Below, piece after piece: positions 46,684-58,400 of a DNA stretch of 64,000 bases; the stretch's first letter is position 1; every line of letters begins with the position of its first letter. A program made the position numbers and the translations under genes. The DNA is from Macrostomum hystrix (Eukaryota; Animalia; Platyhelminthes), in assembly GCA_950097015.1 (NCBI GenBank), contig CATNEN010000025.1, positions 4,092,001 through 4,156,000 on the forward strand. Reading direction: 5' to 3'. A model generated the notes under the pieces. That model saw nothing but the letters and a program-made list of their open reading frames with translations. It had not been told where the DNA came from and ran no database searches.

Positions 46684-47999
46684 CATAGCAATTTAATTTC
46701 CTAGAAATTGGAAATCATAGAAATTAGATTTCCTAGAAGTTAGATTTCCTATAAATAGTATTTTCTAAAAAATATATTCTAGAATTTTGATTTCCAGTTA
46801 ATCTGATTTCTTTGAAAAAATACAAATGTATTTGTATAAATAAAAAAAAACTTCAAGAAAATATGATTTATAGGACATTCTTCATCGAGAAATCGGATCT
46901 AGAAACAAGAAGCAAGAAACGTGATTTCTATGACACCGTTCTTCTCCAAATTGAAGTTTTTTTCCAGGTTTTGGGATTTCCATGATTTCGTATTTCTTAG
47001 AAGTGGATTAAATTTACATTTTTTAATTACCATGAAATGAAACACGGATTAAAATTCCCTGCCATCATATCTATCTCGATATTGGCGATTGTGTTCTAGG
47101 AATTAGTTCTTAAATTATATTTATTTTTATGGTGGTTTCCTGGAAATCGGTTTTCAGCAAGAGAGCTTTCAGAGAATCCCAAACTTGTTTTCATTGTATG
47201 TTAAGATTTGTACAAATTACTACGTTTTTCCGAAGGGATTTTACTCGCTTTAGGATTTTCCTATTAATTGATATTCGAACTGCCGCCAAACTCGTTCGTA
47301 ACTTGCTACTATATAAACAATCCAAAATTGCAGAATCGCAGAAGTCATGGAGACCTTGGCGACTGCTTGTATTGACGGAAATCTTGGCCTGCACTGTCGC
47401 ATAGCAACTCTAGTGACGCCAGTTTGCAACAGCTCAGCTATAGTTTATACTTTTGTCTTTCCTATTTGTTTTTTGTTGTATAAAATGTGTTTCTGGTGAT
47501 TCTCAGAGTATTTTTTCAATTTGTAGTCTTGATTTTGCGAAATCTCGCCGGCTTGTTGCTGTTGTCTGTAAAATGAAACTTCTACGAGTACAAAGGAGCT
47601 TCATTTTTCGGGGTTATTGGGGGTGGGCAAGTTATCCCCCCAATTTGAGAATTTTTTTATATATGCTAAAGGCTGCAAAAGTGCTTTGTTATAGTACTTA
47701 ATAATCGCTTAATTATTATTTTTAAGTATTTTTAACGATTTTGTAAAAACTTTATCTGAACGCGTTTATTGCTAATATAAATATGACGAAATTTTAAAAA
47801 TTTCAGCAATTATTTTTTCGAACGAATCGATTGTTAGCAGCTTAATTTCAGATTGTATCTATTTTATGTTATGCGTCAGCCTAGCAGGCCTATTGTAAAA
47901 TAAATGGCATGCGATGAGACAAAAACTTGCATTTTTGCTTCTCGCTTTTTAATCTTTTTAAAAAAGATTTTAAATTATAAGTAGATTGTAGGCGTACTA

Positions 48000-49560
48000 T
48001 ACCTTTTTGCGATTGAATTCGTCCAAACTGCAAAACCTTTCGTCCACTAACGCTTTCTTAATGGGAGCTAAATTTAGATCATACCATAGACAACCGTGTT
48101 CACGCAAAACGGTTCATCCAGTTTGTAAAACATTTCGTCTAAACCCTTCGTCCAAACAGCTAACAGCTAAACGGAGCGACTTTATTTGATATCACGAGAT
48201 ATTGAACAAAGCAAAAACAGTGTCTCTTGTTAGAATGTTAGTTCAAAATGTCTTCGTAGTCCAAACAACGGCCGTAGTAACCCACAGTGTGATTGGTCCA
48301 TTGCTGGCACTTCTCCTGTGTAATCACGTGCAGTGCAGATTCGACCTCTCTCTTCAAAATGTGCATCCGCCAGGCATGCAGAGTCAGGTTCGCAGCAGCA
48401 GCAGCTTGCCGATTAGAGAGCTCGTGCTGAATAGCGGGAACTGACAGTGCCCTCTTCACTGATGCCTTCAGGGAAGACCCTGCGCGCTCAGTTGGGTTGA
48501 GATACGGAGAGTACGGTGGCAATTGATAGGTGCTGTGTTGCGGTGAAAGTCCAGGGACTTGAAGGTGAGCGCGGGCCCCATCAAAGATCGCCACCCACTC
48601 AGCCTCCACCAGGACATCCAGCTCTACTAAGAAGTCTGCAAAATTTTGAGCTCGAAAACCTCCTTCCATCAGCGCATAGTGAACAAGTCCCCATTGCGGA
48701 GATATGGCCAAGCAGAGAGTCAGGTTTTGTCCGCGCTGGCCACATACCGTTCTCACCGCAGGCTGGCCTCGATATGCCCATCCTTGAGTTCTCGCCGTCC
48801 ACAGGTTCAGCCCGAACTCATCGAGAAAAATCTGGTTCCTGTCGTGTCCTTCGTTCATCATCCACTGTGCGTACTCACATCTCGCCGCCTTCACAACTGG
48901 GTCGTTCCAATCAAACGTAATCTGCCTAGCCAGCTTCAAAGTCACCAGCTGTTTGTCAAGTGCTCGACTTATGGTTGAGACATGAGGAAGTTGACCTTCA
49001 TTGCCAAGTTGCATCAGATGGTTCCGCATCATTTGTAATGTCGCGGACGGGTTTGCCTCGAGGAACTCGATGATTGACTCAATCTGCTGCTCTTGCAGTT
49101 TCTTCGGACGGCCACCTGCTGATGGAAACTTCTCAATGCGCCCGGTTTGAACGTAGGTGTCGACAATCGTTTTGGCTGTCTTTCTCTTGATCCCAAGGAT
49201 ATCGGCCAGTTGTTTCCAATCGCGGCCTTCTTCAACAGCCAAGGCTAATCGCCTGCGGTCTTCGTTTGACACTGGATGGTAGGGGCCTCGGTTCATCTTC
49301 GACTGTTTTGCCGGGTTCGGAATGGAAGATAGGCCTATGCGTTGCTGTAGCTTTAGTGGTAGCAAAAGGAATTGGGTGTTAACTATGGTAGGAACAGTAC
49401 ACTCGGTCTCTAGTCTAGGGGACGAAATGTTTTACAAACTGGATGAACCGTTTTGCGTGAAAACGGTTGTCTATGGTATGATCTAAATTTAGCTCCCATT
49501 AAGAAAGCATTTGTGGACGAAAGGTTTTGCAGTTTGGAAGAATTCAATCGCAAAAAAGTA
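48000..49560 (-). mobile_element. Full-length Tc1/mariner-IS630 DNA transposon, 138-bp TIRs, TA flanks
   Basis: TIRs 48002-48139 and 49421-49558, about 5 mismatches by eye. TA on both sides; intact transposase ORF inside. Confidence 0.95.
48238..49296 (-). CDS. Tc1/IS630-family DDE transposase, 352 aa (first ATG at 49296)
   Basis: N-terminal HTH region; catalytic FLDEFG, IFDGARAH and LPPYSPYLNPTE; no stops or frameshifts. Confidence 0.92.
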   Translation of the reverse strand: MNRGPYHPVSNEDRRRLALAVEEGRDWKQLADILGIKRKTAKTIVDTYVQTGRIEKFPSAGGRPKKLQEQQIESIIEFLEANPSATLQMMRNHLMQLGNEGQLPHVSTISRALDKQLVTLKLARQITFDWNDPVVKAARCEYAQWMMNEGHDRNQIFLDEFGLNLWTARTQGWAYRGQPAVRTVCGQRGQNLTLCLAISPQWGLVHYALMEGGFRAQNFADFLVELDVLVEAEWVAIFDGARAHLQVPGLSPQHSTYQLPPYSPYLNPTERAGSSLKASVKRALSVPAIQHELSNRQAAAAANLTLHAWRMHILKREVESALHVITQEKCQQWTNHTVGYYGRCLDYEDILN

Positions 49561-49665
49561 TATTAAATAGTAGACAAAATAGTTCCTAATCCATATCAAT
49601 GTTTTAACCAGGATTAACCAGGAGAAAGTCAGGGCAGATAAATATAATTCCTTCATTAATTTATG

Positions 49666-50787
49666 CAGTGTTGGGCATCGTTAATATTTTTTTAACTTCG
49701 TTAAGTTATTAAGCGTTAACGATAAAAAAAAAAATTAACTTTTAACTTTAACTTCCGTTAAATTTTTGATAAATTTAACGGAAGTTAGCAGTTAAACGTT
49801 AATAAGCGTTAAAAATCTTCTGTGTTGCAAATGACGATGAATTTCCCCTTTAGCATACTTTTGCCCCTTTTTACAGCACTGCTTTGAAGTTGCACGAAGA
49901 TTGTAGTAAGTTTCACTCATTTCTTGAGTTCATCGCTTTTTCTTTTACATGCAATGTAACGTTGGAAAAGAATCAAAAGATGGAAAAGATTATACGTCAC
50001 ATATATTTCATTTTTCAGCAGAATGTCATGCCAGATGCCACTTCGTCACTTGAGTCTACTTTCGACTGCACAGAGTCAGATGCTGGTTGCCGCGTAGAAA
50101 AGTCAACTGACTCAGCATCTGGTCCGATAAAGGCGCTCGTTTAGCACCGAGGATGTCTTTGCACGTGGAGAACATCCGCTCCACAGCAGCACTTGATGGT
50201 ATTGGCGTATTGTACCGGGCGAAGAGCCGAATCAGGTGCTGCTCGTACAGAAATGCCTTGTCTGTCAACTTGTCGTCAGCCTTGTAAGGGCTGTCAATCC
50301 ACGCCTGCACAGTGCTGCGCGCCTTGCCATCTGAGGTCGGCTTGTCAGTCGTGCAGGAATTTGCAGTTTGAATGAGGTCGTCAACAAACTCACTGGCACA
50401 GTCGGTAATCTGCTCTGCTCCGGCAGATGCGCATGATCCTGGGCCACTGCTGGCATCGTCACTCTCTTCAATGCAGTCTTGGACAGTGCGTTGCATCATG
50501 ACTCGGACAGGCCCCGCCTTCTCAGGATGGAACTTCTGGAGCCACCCCAGCCGGAGCCACCCCAGGCAGTCGGCATCGTCGAATGAAGCAGCAAATCGCC
50601 TCTGAATTCAGCAAAAAATTAACGGACCACATCCATCGTTAAATTAGAAAAAAATTAACGAAAAATCGTTAATCCGTTAACCTAAAATTAAATTAACGAT
50701 GGTCCGTTAAAAGTTAAAGAAAAAATTAACGCTTATTAACGCTTATTAACGGATTAACGCTTATTAACGGACCAGTGCCCAACACTG
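49666..50787 (-). mobile_element. Non-autonomous hAT transposon (1122 bp) with a C-terminal dimerisation-domain remnant
   Basis: TIR CAGTGTTGGGCA / TGCCCAACACTG, perfect 8-bp TSD AATTTATG, subterminal TTAACG arrays. Remnant ORF 50056-50499 carries YNTPIPSSAAVERMFS...LSDQMLSQLTFLRGN. Confidence 0.95.
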
Positions 50788-52434
50788 AATTTATGTATAT
50801 TAATATACTCGTTTTGGAGGGCTCTTTCTTCTTATTTATCTTTAGCAGTACTTAACCAGTATAACACATATAATTAGAGTATTTGTTGTTTCTATGGTAG
50901 CATATGAGTGTCCGAGCGTAAGACACTTTTCTTCACTTTATTAATATGAATAACTCATATACGTGTATTAGTGACAAAGTCTTATTTAATTTTCCAGTCC
51001 CAATGCAGGGCGACCAATAGATCGGAGGGTATCAGTTACCCACTCACTATGGAAACACTCGTTCTCTCATCACCCTGTACAGGCTTGTTTATTTATTGCA
51101 ATCCCTTTATAGGTTGTCTTTATCACAGCCTTTTCAGGCTTATGCACACTTATTTCGGATCCAACCCTTTTTCTTACTATTCAATACGACTTCTGTTGTC
51201 TGAGATTATAGCTTTCCAGCTTATTAAAGAATTGACAAGTTTTTGGAAACTTTGTATTTTAACTTTGAAAACGTCCGTGGCACGTCTGCAAGTTGGGATT
51301 CCTACTCCCAAAAATGCGCGTATATATTATATAGAGTGGAGGGGTGGTTTTCCTGGTGCATTATAACAATCAGTGCATTCAAACAAATATTAAATTTCTT
51401 CTCTCGTTCGCGTAAATTAAAAAAGAGAGATACGGTAGAATTATTCACCTACTACACTCGTATACGTTTTAGTTTTATGGCATTTTGGCTCGTATTTTCC
51501 AAATAGCAAAACAAACGCATCGATAACTAGTCCATGCCGACGGTCCGAAAGCATTTTAGGTTCGCACTCAGAGATACAGTTGTGAAGCTGTGAGCAGGCT
51601 TGCTCGAATTTTCACGGAGGGCGGCAGTGAAGCAGAAATAGTTGCCTTCCGGTCGCCATGATTGCATCGCTAGGGAAAATATGACCGAAACAAAATAGAG
51701 AAAAGAGGCACTGAAATAGAAATAAATTACTAGTCTAAAACAGTTGCAATTTTAGCATCTTAGTGCATGAGTTTGTATGTGGGTGTGACCTTGAGAATCG
51801 CAGGCCCTTTCCATTGGCTACACGCGCATGAACGCCATTGGTTAAGAGTTGTCATTGTCACGTGATAGCTTTTTGCCAATTTATCAATAACTTGTGATTG
51901 AATCGTTGCGTAAGCACTGCTTTAAGACTACATCAATGTTTAAAACAATGGGCTTAAATCCTTATAATCAAGGGGATTTGTGAGATTTACACGTTTGAGG
52001 CCAATAGACAATGCATTAATAAACAAATGTACTGCAGCGACAAGACTGAAGTCACTTGTGGACTAATTGTCGAGTCTTTAGTTTTTTTCTCCTAATGTAT
52101 CTCCTAATGCTCGTATTTATTCTTTCGGAGCTCAGTATTAAAGTGGAAAACAAGCAGAAAAGCGCCTATAAGTTAATTTTTTTCTTATAGAAATGTTTTT
52201 CTGAATTCCAAAATAAGAAACCAAATATTTCACAAAGTCTAATGCTGGTTCGCTAAACTATTAACGTAAAAAAACCTTTGCAGCACTGTGATTAAATATA
52301 ATTCTTGGAAAACTAGTTTCTATAAAAAACTTAAAATCTAATACTACTGACTAAATACTCGCAACATGCGCGTCATACTACTGTCCCAAGTAACAAAATA
52401 TTGCATTTTTTCAAACCCAATCTTAAAAAATCTG

Positions 52435-53415
52435 TCATTCGTAATCGAATTTCAGTCCGATTGGGTCGAGTTTGTCTCGCACGGCGGCGTCCACGGCTTC
52501 GCTTTGAGCCGTCGTCAGCTGCGCCTTCCAGTCGCCAACGACACCCTTGCGAATGAAGCTGAACCCGGTGGATGTGCTGAAGTTGACATTCTTGTTGGCC
52601 CGCATGCTGTCAACGCGGCAGTTGTGCTCGATGATGTCCAACTGGCCGGATGTCAGTGGCCGGTTCAGAAAGTTCGCCAGCAGGCGAATGTGGCTACGCG
52701 GCTGTCGGACAATGTCCTCGTACTTTAGGAACAAAATATTCGGCCTGTCTCGCTGCTGCCACCACTCAGACACCACCTGCGGGATCATTGTCGAGAGTAT
52801 TTAAGCTGTGTGATGAGCTGGAGAAATGGCTTTGATGACAAGGTTGCTTGTCTCTACCTGAAAATAGTCACCGCACTTTGTCCGGCCGCGCATGAACATG
52901 TCGAAGAACTCGTCCCAACCGCCTGGCCACGGCCCGAACAGCGGCATGCCGACGTAGAATCGGTAGAGCGAATTGCAGCAGTCCTTCGGGTTGCGGACCA
53001 CTACAACCACCTTGGGTGCGGCCTCGTTCAGCTGATCCTGGATGAACGAGTAAGGACAGTGGGTCTTGATGAGGCGCACAGACTCCTGTGGGGCATTGTC
53101 TAGCAGATCGATGGGCATGGCGATGTCCGTGTCGCCCTGCCAGCGCGGATTAAACTCCAGAAACGGGAAGCGTTCGTCGATGTCAGCGAAATTCTCGCCG
53201 GCGCTGATAGTGCCGGCGTTGACAATCTCCCAGACGATCTCCTGGACCAGGGTGGTACCGCTTCGCGGAAAAGTACAAACGCAGATGTCTGTGGGCCGGA
53301 AGCGGAAGTCCTGGTGACAGCGCCGGATCACCTCCTGGGTGGTGTAGTCGTTCCAGACGATGCCCTCGTAGACGAACTCGCCTCGGCACTGAGTTCGATT
53401 CGGTGAATTCTCCAT
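52435..53415 (-). CDS. Cytosolic sulfotransferase (SULT1-like); exons 53415-52858 and 52776-52435, 299 aa
   Basis: PAPS motifs TFPRSGTT, RNPKD..S and RKGVVGDWK; catalytic KTH; 81-bp phase-0 GT-AG intron. Confidence 0.93.
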
Positions 53416-53934
53416 TCTTCTATAGTGAACTTGAGAAATAGTGTTGGTCCAGTTGAATGGGTTGACTTTGAGAAGCCCCACCCAGTTTAGCGACCTATTT
53501 ATACATGGTCGGATGGATATTGAAAGCCTGCGATTGACACCAATGGCTCTTCTGTACTTTTGATCTTCTTCAAGACAGCCGGAGTGAGATTTTCAAGCTT
53601 GAATTCTTCCTTTGATTTCGAAATCAGCGCTTAGAAGAGCTTTTGTGGTCTGCGTTTGATTAGGTCAGAAAGGCCTGCCACATGCAGACCCGATTCAAGA
53701 TCATTCAGAGCAAATTATGATTGGCTCAAGACACAAGATATTTCTTAGAAAACTAGCTTTTCGCTGGTCAATCCATGTCTGATGCAGCACAATCGACTGA
53801 AAGTAAACAATAGAGATAGAGATTTTCAGCAAGAAACTAGCGACTAGTTTTGTTCGAAACACGGAATATCTGGAGGTCATTTGACTTTCGGAAGATGGAG
53901 TAATTTATGGTCTCGCGAATGTGCCATTTCAGAA

Positions 53935-54600
53935 ATTGGGAAAGTGGGATCTCTTGGAAATGGGATCTCTGTGGAGTGGGATTTCTTCGATGTGGTATTT
54001 TAGGAAATGGGCATTTCTTTATAGTGGAATTTCTCGGGATTCCACTCTGGAATTTCTAAGAACAGGAATTTCAAAGAAGTTGAATTTCTAAGAAGTCGAA
54101 TTTTTAAGAAGTGGAGTTTCTTAGAAGTGGGATTTCTTAGAAGTGGAATTTTATTTAGAAGTGGGATTTCTTAGAAGTGGAATTTTATTTAGAAGTGGGA
54201 TTTCTTAGAAGTGGGATTTCTTAGAAGTGGAATTTTATTTAGAAGTGGGATTTCTTAGAAGTGGGATTTCTTAGAAGTGGAATTTTATTTAGAAGTGAGA
54301 TTTCTAAGAAGTGGGATTTCTTAGAAGTGGAATTTTATTTAGAAGTGGGATTTCTAAGAAGTAGAATTTCTTAGAAGTGGAATTCTATTTAGAAGTGGGA
54401 TTTCTTAGAAGTGGAATTTTATTTAGAAGTGGGATTTCTTAGAAGTGGGATTTCTTAGAAGTGGAATTTCTTAGAAGTGGGATTTCTTAGAAGTGGGATT
54501 TCTTAGAAGTGGAATTTCTTAAAAGTGGAATTTCTTAGAAGTGGGATTTCTTAAAAGTGGAATTTCTTAGAAGTGGGATTTCTTGAAAGTGCGATTCCTG
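53935..54600. repeat. Degenerate ~16-bp repeat (GGGATTTCTTAGAAGT / GGAATTTTATTTAGAAGT)
   Basis: Tandem units upstream of the sulfotransferase; related degenerate units at ~46.3-47.1 kb. Confidence 0.85.
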
Positions 54601-55459
54601 GAACGGATTTTACTAAAGGCAGATTTTTGCAACCATAAAAGAAGCTATGCTTAGAATAATTTATAGAATTTTTAACTGAAATTACTCTTCACTCAGAGTT
54701 CCTGAATTTCTTCTCAGGAATAAGTTAAGCTCGTGCAAAACCTCTATTTAATTGTTGAAGACAACTGGCCAAAAAAGTACATCGTTCTAATGCAATATAA
54801 ATAGAAGCAGAAATGTAAAGTGGGCAATTTTGTTAAAATGCTTAATCACAGCTTTCGCCCCAAGGCGGTGTTTGCACCCAAGCTAAATGAAGGCGCTGTT
54901 CTGTGTCAGCCAGCAAGCTAGTGAGTTAGAATCGTTCTTTAGCAAGTTTGCCAGCCACTGCACAGTGTGTCTGTTGGTCTAGTGTTTCACCGCTGCTGCT
55001 GCTGCTGCATGCTGCCGTCTCTCTATTTTGTATTTGAGAGTTTTTGGAAAGCAACTCAGGTCGGTTGAAGGAGGGGCAGTGAAGAGCCGCCGCCTGTTTG
55101 TGGATTGTCCTGTGGGCGCCTACTCCAACCCTACTCCATAGATTTATTTTCGCAGAGCAAGTTTGTGAAATGGAAGTAAAAAATGAATTGGGCAGATGGA
55201 CGGCTAATAGCGAACTGGGAATGCAGGCCGGTGCCGAGATTGTAAATTGCTGGAGCTAGTGAGCAAACTGTACGACCCTCGGCCTCTCTCTTTATAGCTA
55301 GCCTGTTTGAGCACAGTGGCACCATGAGATACACTGGCCCTTGTCTGCACAACGCACTCTTGGCCTGTCTGCTTAATCACTTTTTCACCTTGCAACCGCG
55401 AGATTTGGTTGTTCGACTTATTCAACAATAAATATAAGTATGACTGGATGCGGCAAACT

Positions 55460-58400
55460 GCGAGATTTGCGAAGCTGTGAAGCTGTGAGATTTGTGAAGC
55501 TGTGAAGCTGTGAGATTTGCGAAGCTGTGAGATTTGTGAAGCTGTGAGATTTGTGAAGCTGTGAGATTTGTGTAGCTGTGAGATTTGTGAAGCTGTGAGA
55601 TTTGTGTAGCTGTGAGATTTGTGTAGCTGTGAGATTTGCGAAGCTGTGAGATTTGTGAAGCTGTGAGATTTGCGAAGCTGTGACATTAGTGAAGCTGTGA
55701 AGCTGTGAGATTTGTGTAGCTGTGAGATTTGCGAAGCTGTGAGATTAGTGAAGCTGTGAAGCTGTGAGATTTGTGTAGCTGTGAGATTTGCGAAGCTGTG
55801 AGATTTGCGTAGCTGTGAGATTTGTGTAGCTGTGAGATTTGCTAAGCTGTGAGATTTGTGAAGCTGTGAGATTTGTGAAGCTGTGAGATTTGCGAAGCTG
55901 TGAGATTTGTGTAGCTGTGAGATTTGCGAAGCTGTGAGATTTGCGAAGCTGTGAGATTTGTGAAGCTGTGAGATTTGCGAAGCTGTGAGATTTGCGAAGC
56001 TGTGAGATTTGTGTAGCTGTGAGATTTGCGAAGCTGTGAGATTTGTGAAGCTGTGAGATTTGCGAAGCTGTGAAGCTGTGAGATTTGTGTAGCTGTGAGA
56101 TTTGCGTAGCTGTGAGATTTGTGTAGCTGTGAGATTTGCTAAGCTGTGAGATTTGTGAAGCTGTGAGATTTGTGAAGCTGTGAGATTTGCGAAGCTGTGA
56201 GATTTGTGTAGCTGTGAGATTTGCGAAGCTGTGAGATTTGCGAAGCTGTGAGATTTGTGAAGCTGTGAGATTTGGGAAGCTGTGAGATTTGCGAAGCTGT
56301 GAGATTTGTGTAGCTGTGAGATTTGCTAAGCTGTGAGATTTGTGTAGCTGTGAGATTTGCGAAGCTGTGAGATTTGTGAAGCTGTGAGATTTGCGATGCT
56401 GTGAGATTTGCGAAGCTGTGAGATTAGTGAAGCTGTGAAGCTGTGAGATTTGTGTAGCTGTGAGATTTGCGATGCTGTGAGATTTGCGTAGCTGTGAGAT
56501 TTGTGTAGCTGTGAGATTTGCTAAGCTGTGAGATTTGTGAAGCTGTGAGATTTGTGAAGCTGTGAGATTTGCGAAGCTGTGAGATTTGTGTAGCTGTGAG
56601 ATTTGCGAAGCTGTGAGATTTGCGAAGCTGTGAGATTTGTGAAGCTGTGAGATTTGCGAAGCTGTGAGATTTGCGAAGCTGTGAGATTTGTGTAGCTGTG
56701 AGATTTGCTAAGCTGTGAGATTTGTGTAGCTGTGAGATTTGCGAAGCTGTGAGATTTGTGTAGCTGTGAGATTTGCGAAGCTGTGAGATTTGCGAAGCTG
56801 TGAGATTTGTGAAGCTGTGAGATTTGTGAAGCTGTGAGATTTGTGAAGCTGTGAGATTTGCGAAGCTGTGAGATTTGTGTAGCTGTGAGATTTGTGAAGC
56901 TGTGAGATTTGTGAAGCTGTGAGATTTGTGAAGCTGTGAGATTTGTGAAGCTGTGAGATTTGTGAAGCTGTGAGATTTGCGAAGCTGTGAGATTTGTGTA
57001 GCTGTGAGATTTGCGAAGCTGTGAGATTTGCGAAGCTGTGAGATTTGTGAAGCTGTGAGATTTGCGAAGCTGTGAGATTTGCGAAGCTGTGAGATTTGTG
57101 TAGCTGTGAGATTTGCTAAGCTGTGAGATTTGTGTAGCTGTGAGATTTGCGAAGCTGTGAGATTTGTGAAGCTGTGAGATTTGCGAAGCTGTGAGATTTG
57201 TGTAGCTGTGAGATTTGCGTAGCTGTGAGATTTGTGTAGCTGTGAGATTTGCGAAGCTGTGAGATTTGTGAAGCTGTGAAGCTGTGAGATTTGTGAAGCT
57301 GTGAGATTTGGGAAGCTGTGAGATTTGCGAAGCTGTGAGATTTGTGTAGCTGTGAGATTTGCTAAGCTGTGAGATTTGTGTAGCTGTGAGATTTGCGAAG
57401 CTGTGAGATTTGTGAAGCTGTGAGATTTGCGATGCTGTGAGATTTGCGAAGCTGTGAGATTAGTGAAGCTGTGAAGCTGTGAGATTTGTGTAGCTGTGAG
57501 ATTTGCGATGCTGTGAGATTTGCGTAGCTGTGAGATTTGTGTAGCTGTGAGATTTGCTAAGCTGTGAGATTTGTGAAGCTGTGAGATTTGTGAAGCTGTG
57601 AGATTTGCGAAGCTGTGAGATTTGTGTAGCTGTGAGATTTGCGAAGCTGTGAGATTTGCGAAGCTGTGAGATTTGTGAAGCTGTGAGATTTGCGAAGCTG
57701 TGAGATTTGCGAAGCTGTGAGATTTGTGTAGCTGTGAGATTTGCTAAGCTGTGAGATTTGTGTAGCTGTGAGATTTGCGAAGCTGTGAGATTTGTGTAGC
57801 TGTGAGATTTGCGAAGCTGTGAGATTTGCGAAGCTGTGAGATTTGTGAAGCTGTGAGATTTGCGAAGCTGTGAGATTTGCGAAGCTGTGAGATTTGTGTA
57901 GCTGTGAGATTTGTGTAGCTGTGAGATTTGCTAAGCTGTGAGATTTGTGAAGCTGTGAGATTTGTGAAGCTGTGAGATTTGCGAAGCTGTGAGATTTGTG
58001 TAGCTGTGAGATTTGCGAAGCTGTGAGATTTGCGAAGCTGTGAGATTTGTGAAGCTGTGAGATTTGCGAAGCTGTGAGATTTGCGAAGCTGTGAGATTTG
58101 TGTAGCTGTGAGATTTGCTAAGCTGTGAGATTTGTGTAGCTGTGAGATTTGTGAAGCTGTGAGATTTGTGAAGCTGTGAGATTTGCGAAGCTGTGAGATT
58201 TGTGTAGCTGTGAGATTTGCGTAGCTGTGAGATTTGTGTAGCTGTGAGATTTGCGAAGCTGTGAGATTTGTGAAGCTGTGAAGCTGTGAGATTTGCGAAG
58301 CTGTGAGATTTGTGTAGCTGTGAGATTTGTGTAGCTGTGAGATTTGCTAAGCTGTGAGATTTGTGTAGCTGTGAGATTTGCGAAGCTGTGAGATTTGTGA

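Noticed and set aside
48238-49365. 375-aa transposase starting at TTG 49365
   Set aside because: The first ATG at 49296 (MNRGPY...) is the more plausible eukaryotic start.
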